This document shows positions 60,681 to 64,000 of a stretch of 64,000 bases of DNA, one piece after another. Under the pieces are notes generated by a model that ran no database searches, had not been told where the DNA came from, and saw only the letters and a list, made by a program, of their open reading frames with translations. Origin of the DNA: Botryllus schlosseri (lineage: Eukaryota). A program made the position numbers and the translations under genes. Position 1 is the first letter of the stretch. Each line of letters opens with the position of its first letter. The DNA is taken from positions 992,001 to 1,056,000 of the forward strand of contig CM119378.1 in assembly GCA_051294905.1 (NCBI GenBank), written 5' to 3'.

Positions 60681-60932
60681 CGACTGACCTATCGATCTCG
60701 CTTCCCATGACATGCCGCCCTATTTCTTGTCGCTTTCTTTTTCTATACTGTATTCTTTACTTTCATTCAGTGTGCATGCCTCCTCTTTACTACGCATAGG
60801 CCAAGGTGGGTGTCCGATTCCATTGACAAATCCAAGTCGCTTCGACATCTTCCTGTCTATTCATTGTATCGCATTTTTTGTGGTGTATTGAACTGATAAA
60901 ATTGCTAATAAACCAATGATGATGATGATGAT
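60681..60932 (+). mobile_element. 3' UTR-only copy of the CR1/L2-group LINE
   Basis: Almost identical to 45690-45937 (one mismatch noticed); (GAT)n tail. Older copies at about 22650-22930, 35920-36000 and 61775-61850 (minus). Confidence 0.9.
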
Positions 60933-62313
60933 ATTGAATTCATGCGGCCTGCGTCCTCTACGAAATTTGAAAAGTGGCCTGCGACCCATTTTGAGTTGGC
61001 GACCTCGGGCATAACCGGTGCCTTACAAAAGCCTAGAAGTGTGCCGTGCTACAAGTCGGCGGTTACGGAATCAAAAATAGGAAATATCAGCCTGGTGTAA
61101 ATGACCATTGTTGTCGACAAAAGTCATGATTACCCCAGACCACATTAGGTTTGAGTGCATCGTAAATGCCTTAAGTCTTCTCGCTTCGATGAACTTACGC
61201 GTAAGCTCCACTCTTGCAACGCTGCGCAGTGCGCATATACACGTATATCATAACATTCATTCACTAAACATTGACGTATTAAGCAAGTAGTGGGGAATCT
61301 CGACAAACTGGGGCCGCGGGCCGCATTATCATGTAAGACAGAAAACTGTCGGCGGGCCGGACTAAATCCTTTCGCGGGCCGTATGTTGCCCGCCCCTGGT
61401 TTAAGTCAAAATGTTACCGACATTCTGACATTCTGACATTCTCCAATGTGCGATATACGATTATTTGGAAAGAAATGATGATGGACTGCCCTTATGTCGA
61501 AATAAGTCTTCCCGAAACAATAAACAACGATCGTACGAACACGAATGGTATTGACTGCTGTTCGTACTTCGTAGCTTCCCGAAGATATTTGTCCGAATTC
61601 CCGAAGATTATTATTTCATCGTGTTCGTAATAAGATCGCATGCAATACCGATCATACGAAAGTTCGGCGGTTTCCCGAATACCGAAGATTTTTATTCTTG
61701 CGAAGAGCATGTCTTGCCCCAGGAGAGTTAATTTATCAACGAGAATTATAGTTTCCATACTATTTTCCACTGTGGAAAGCGACAAAAATGGGTCGGCATG
61801 TCATGGAAGGCGAGATCGCGATAGGTCCGGTCGTGGTCCGGTAATCTTGATAGTGATAATTACATTTCTGTGAAGTATAGTGATCAAACAGAGTTGAGCG
61901 GATTTGAAATTTCTATGTCCTAATCCAATCCAAATCCGAACCGTCAAATCCAAATCCAAATCCAAATCCAGAACTTTTTCATATTCAAGTCCATGTCCAA
62001 TCCTAATCCGATTCCAACCGGAAATTCAGAAAAAAATACCAATTTATGCAATGGAGGGATTCGAAAATTTTCTTTCACAACCAACGATTCACTTGATTCA
62101 AGATAACTTAGTAACCATAAGTACATTAATAACTGATCTGAATAAAGTTTGTCGCCATTCGCCACACGACATTTCAATCTCCCAGAAAATAGGTAAATCC
62201 AATCCAAATCCTAATCCGGTCTGAAAAAAATGTCTAATCCAAATCCAATCCAAATCCTACAAAATTTCACAAATCCTGTTTTTTCAAAACCTAATCCTAA
62301 TCCATGCTCAATT

Positions 62314-62900
62314 TATAGAATGTAAACGTGGAATGGCAGCGACCGATTTTGCAGCTTCATTCCGCTTCGCTGAAGCTTTACTCCGACTTATTTTACGGCA
62401 GCTACTGTAGAATTTCTGGCAATCCAAAAGTTGTCTTCCAGAGCTCAGAATTTACTGAATCCGGTCTTGATCGAAAGCTACTGTCGCACTGATTTCGAAA
62501 ATATCAATCAAAATATGGTGAAGCACCGTACTGAGATGAAAAACCACCCTCAACATCTAAAATCTGCATTGTTCAGAACAATCGGATGACCGCAAAACAA
62601 TGACCATAACAATGACCCATTGCGGCTCTTCGATTGTTCGGACAATGCCAATAATTCAGACTTGGAGGGCGAATTCTAATCGGTTCAGTGCCTGATCATA
62701 TTTTTATTTATATTTTCGGAATCAGTGCGATAGTAGCTTTCGATCAAGACCAGATTCAGTAAATTCTGAGCTCTGGAAGACAATTTTTGGATTGCCAGAA
62801 ATCCTACAGTAGCTGCCGTAAAATAAGTCTGAGTAAAGCTTCAGCGAAGCGGAACGAAGCTGCAAAATCGGTCGCTGCCATTCCATGTTTACATTCTATA
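62314..62900. mobile_element. MITE with about 190-bp near-perfect TIRs, inserted near the end of an AATCC-repeat MITE that starts at 61889
   Basis: TATAGAATGTAAACGTGGAATGGCAGCGACCG.. mirrored by ..CGGTCGCTGCCATTCCATGTTTACATTCTATA; CTCAATT on both flanks. Confidence 0.85.
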
Positions 62901-63919
62901 CTCAATTGCTCATCTCTGGTGATCAATCCACAGAGTTGTCTTACTGTCACATATAGAAATGAAATAGGCATAGCCGGAAAAATACCAAATTATATTTATG
63001 TGGTAGACCTGGCATTATATTCTTGTTGTAGCATTAAAGGTACATATTTGAACTGCCCACATCGTTTATACTGTTATGACGTCATGTACTTGAATTCTCA
63101 ACTCCACGCCTAACACACGATTCAAAATCGAATCACTCAGGATTTTGCCCAGCCCTACTATAGTATCCATACTGCCAATCATCATTTCCTCGTATGCTTT
63201 TCTTACGTATTTATACCATGCGTTCCGCGATTTACCCAGCTGGTGTTTATCTGCCCCCTGAATTTAAGCAATCGTGTCGTGCTCTACTGATTCTTTTGCC
63301 ATTTCTGGCAGACGTTTCGGACATTCAGGGTCGATTCCTCAGATGTTGGTTAACGCCTGATCATTGATTAGCACCTCTATTTGATCACGATTCTAGTCCA
63401 CAGATCGTCCACAGATGCTTGACGTCACATGGTCTGATCACTGATTACTATTACATGTTAATTTGACCGCGATATGAGGAATCGACCCCTACTCTGTAAT
63501 GCGATCGCCGTTAACTCTGCTGTCATCGAGTGAGCAACCCAATCGTCATTTCTTCTGTCACTTTCCAAGATTGAGATGGATAAGACATGACTGTCAGGAT
63601 CCTGATAGGTGATAAGAATCGTAGGCCAAGGTGGATGTTTGATTTAAAAGACTAGCCCACGTCATTTCAACATCTTTTCATTCTATCGCAATCTTATGGT
63701 GTTTGAAAATGATAAAGAAAATTAAATAAGCGAACGAAGTGCATTTCTCTATGAACAAAATCCCTCAGGCCAAAGTAAATAATTGGTATCCGCGACTTCC
63801 CCGTTCGGTGCTCAGTATTTCTGGATAGCACGGAGGAGAGAAAATGTTGGCGCATACTCGACAATCTTACCAAAAAGGCCCTAACATCTCTACAGACACA
63901 TACGAGAAGAAACCCCATC

Positions 63920-63950
<31 letters not shown>

Positions 63951-64000
63951 TAACCTACGTAGGTTAGTTATCTATAGATTATCACGAAGGTAACTATTTA

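Noticed and set aside
63308..63345. Minus-strand hammerhead (CTGAGGA..GAAACGTC)
   Set aside because: Stems pair poorly, and the CTGAGGA part overlaps one arm of an inverted repeat (AGGGTCGATTCCTCA, partner at about 63475-63490), probably a MITE end.

Overview
Repeat-rich, AT-biased animal genomic DNA with GT-AG introns that are mostly 49-60 nt long; the species cannot be identified from the sequence. The main content is a tandem cluster of TRIM-NHL genes of the NHL-1/Abba type (RING, B-box, coiled coil, six NHL repeats, no filamin domain). Two full-length 13-exon copies are present (A 155-7736, C 46817-51999), plus an apparently intact NHL-only 5-exon paralog (B 24668-31743) and a 3' remnant of a fourth copy (D, about 32700-33330). 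The paralogs keep the propeller scaffold but differ strongly at the predicted ligand-binding face. The window also holds a 3-exon gene for a small mucin-like single-pass membrane protein (56814-58047) and a Ser/Thr kinase pseudogene exon. The rest is largely mobile DNA: hAT-type MITEs, two tRNA-derived SINE families sharing a core, and R4/Dong, I-group, CR1/L2 and Penelope retroelement fragments. A foldback element with telomere-like repeats sits inside a deeply nested insertion stack in one intron of paralog B. Gene models were assembled by hand and have no transcript support.
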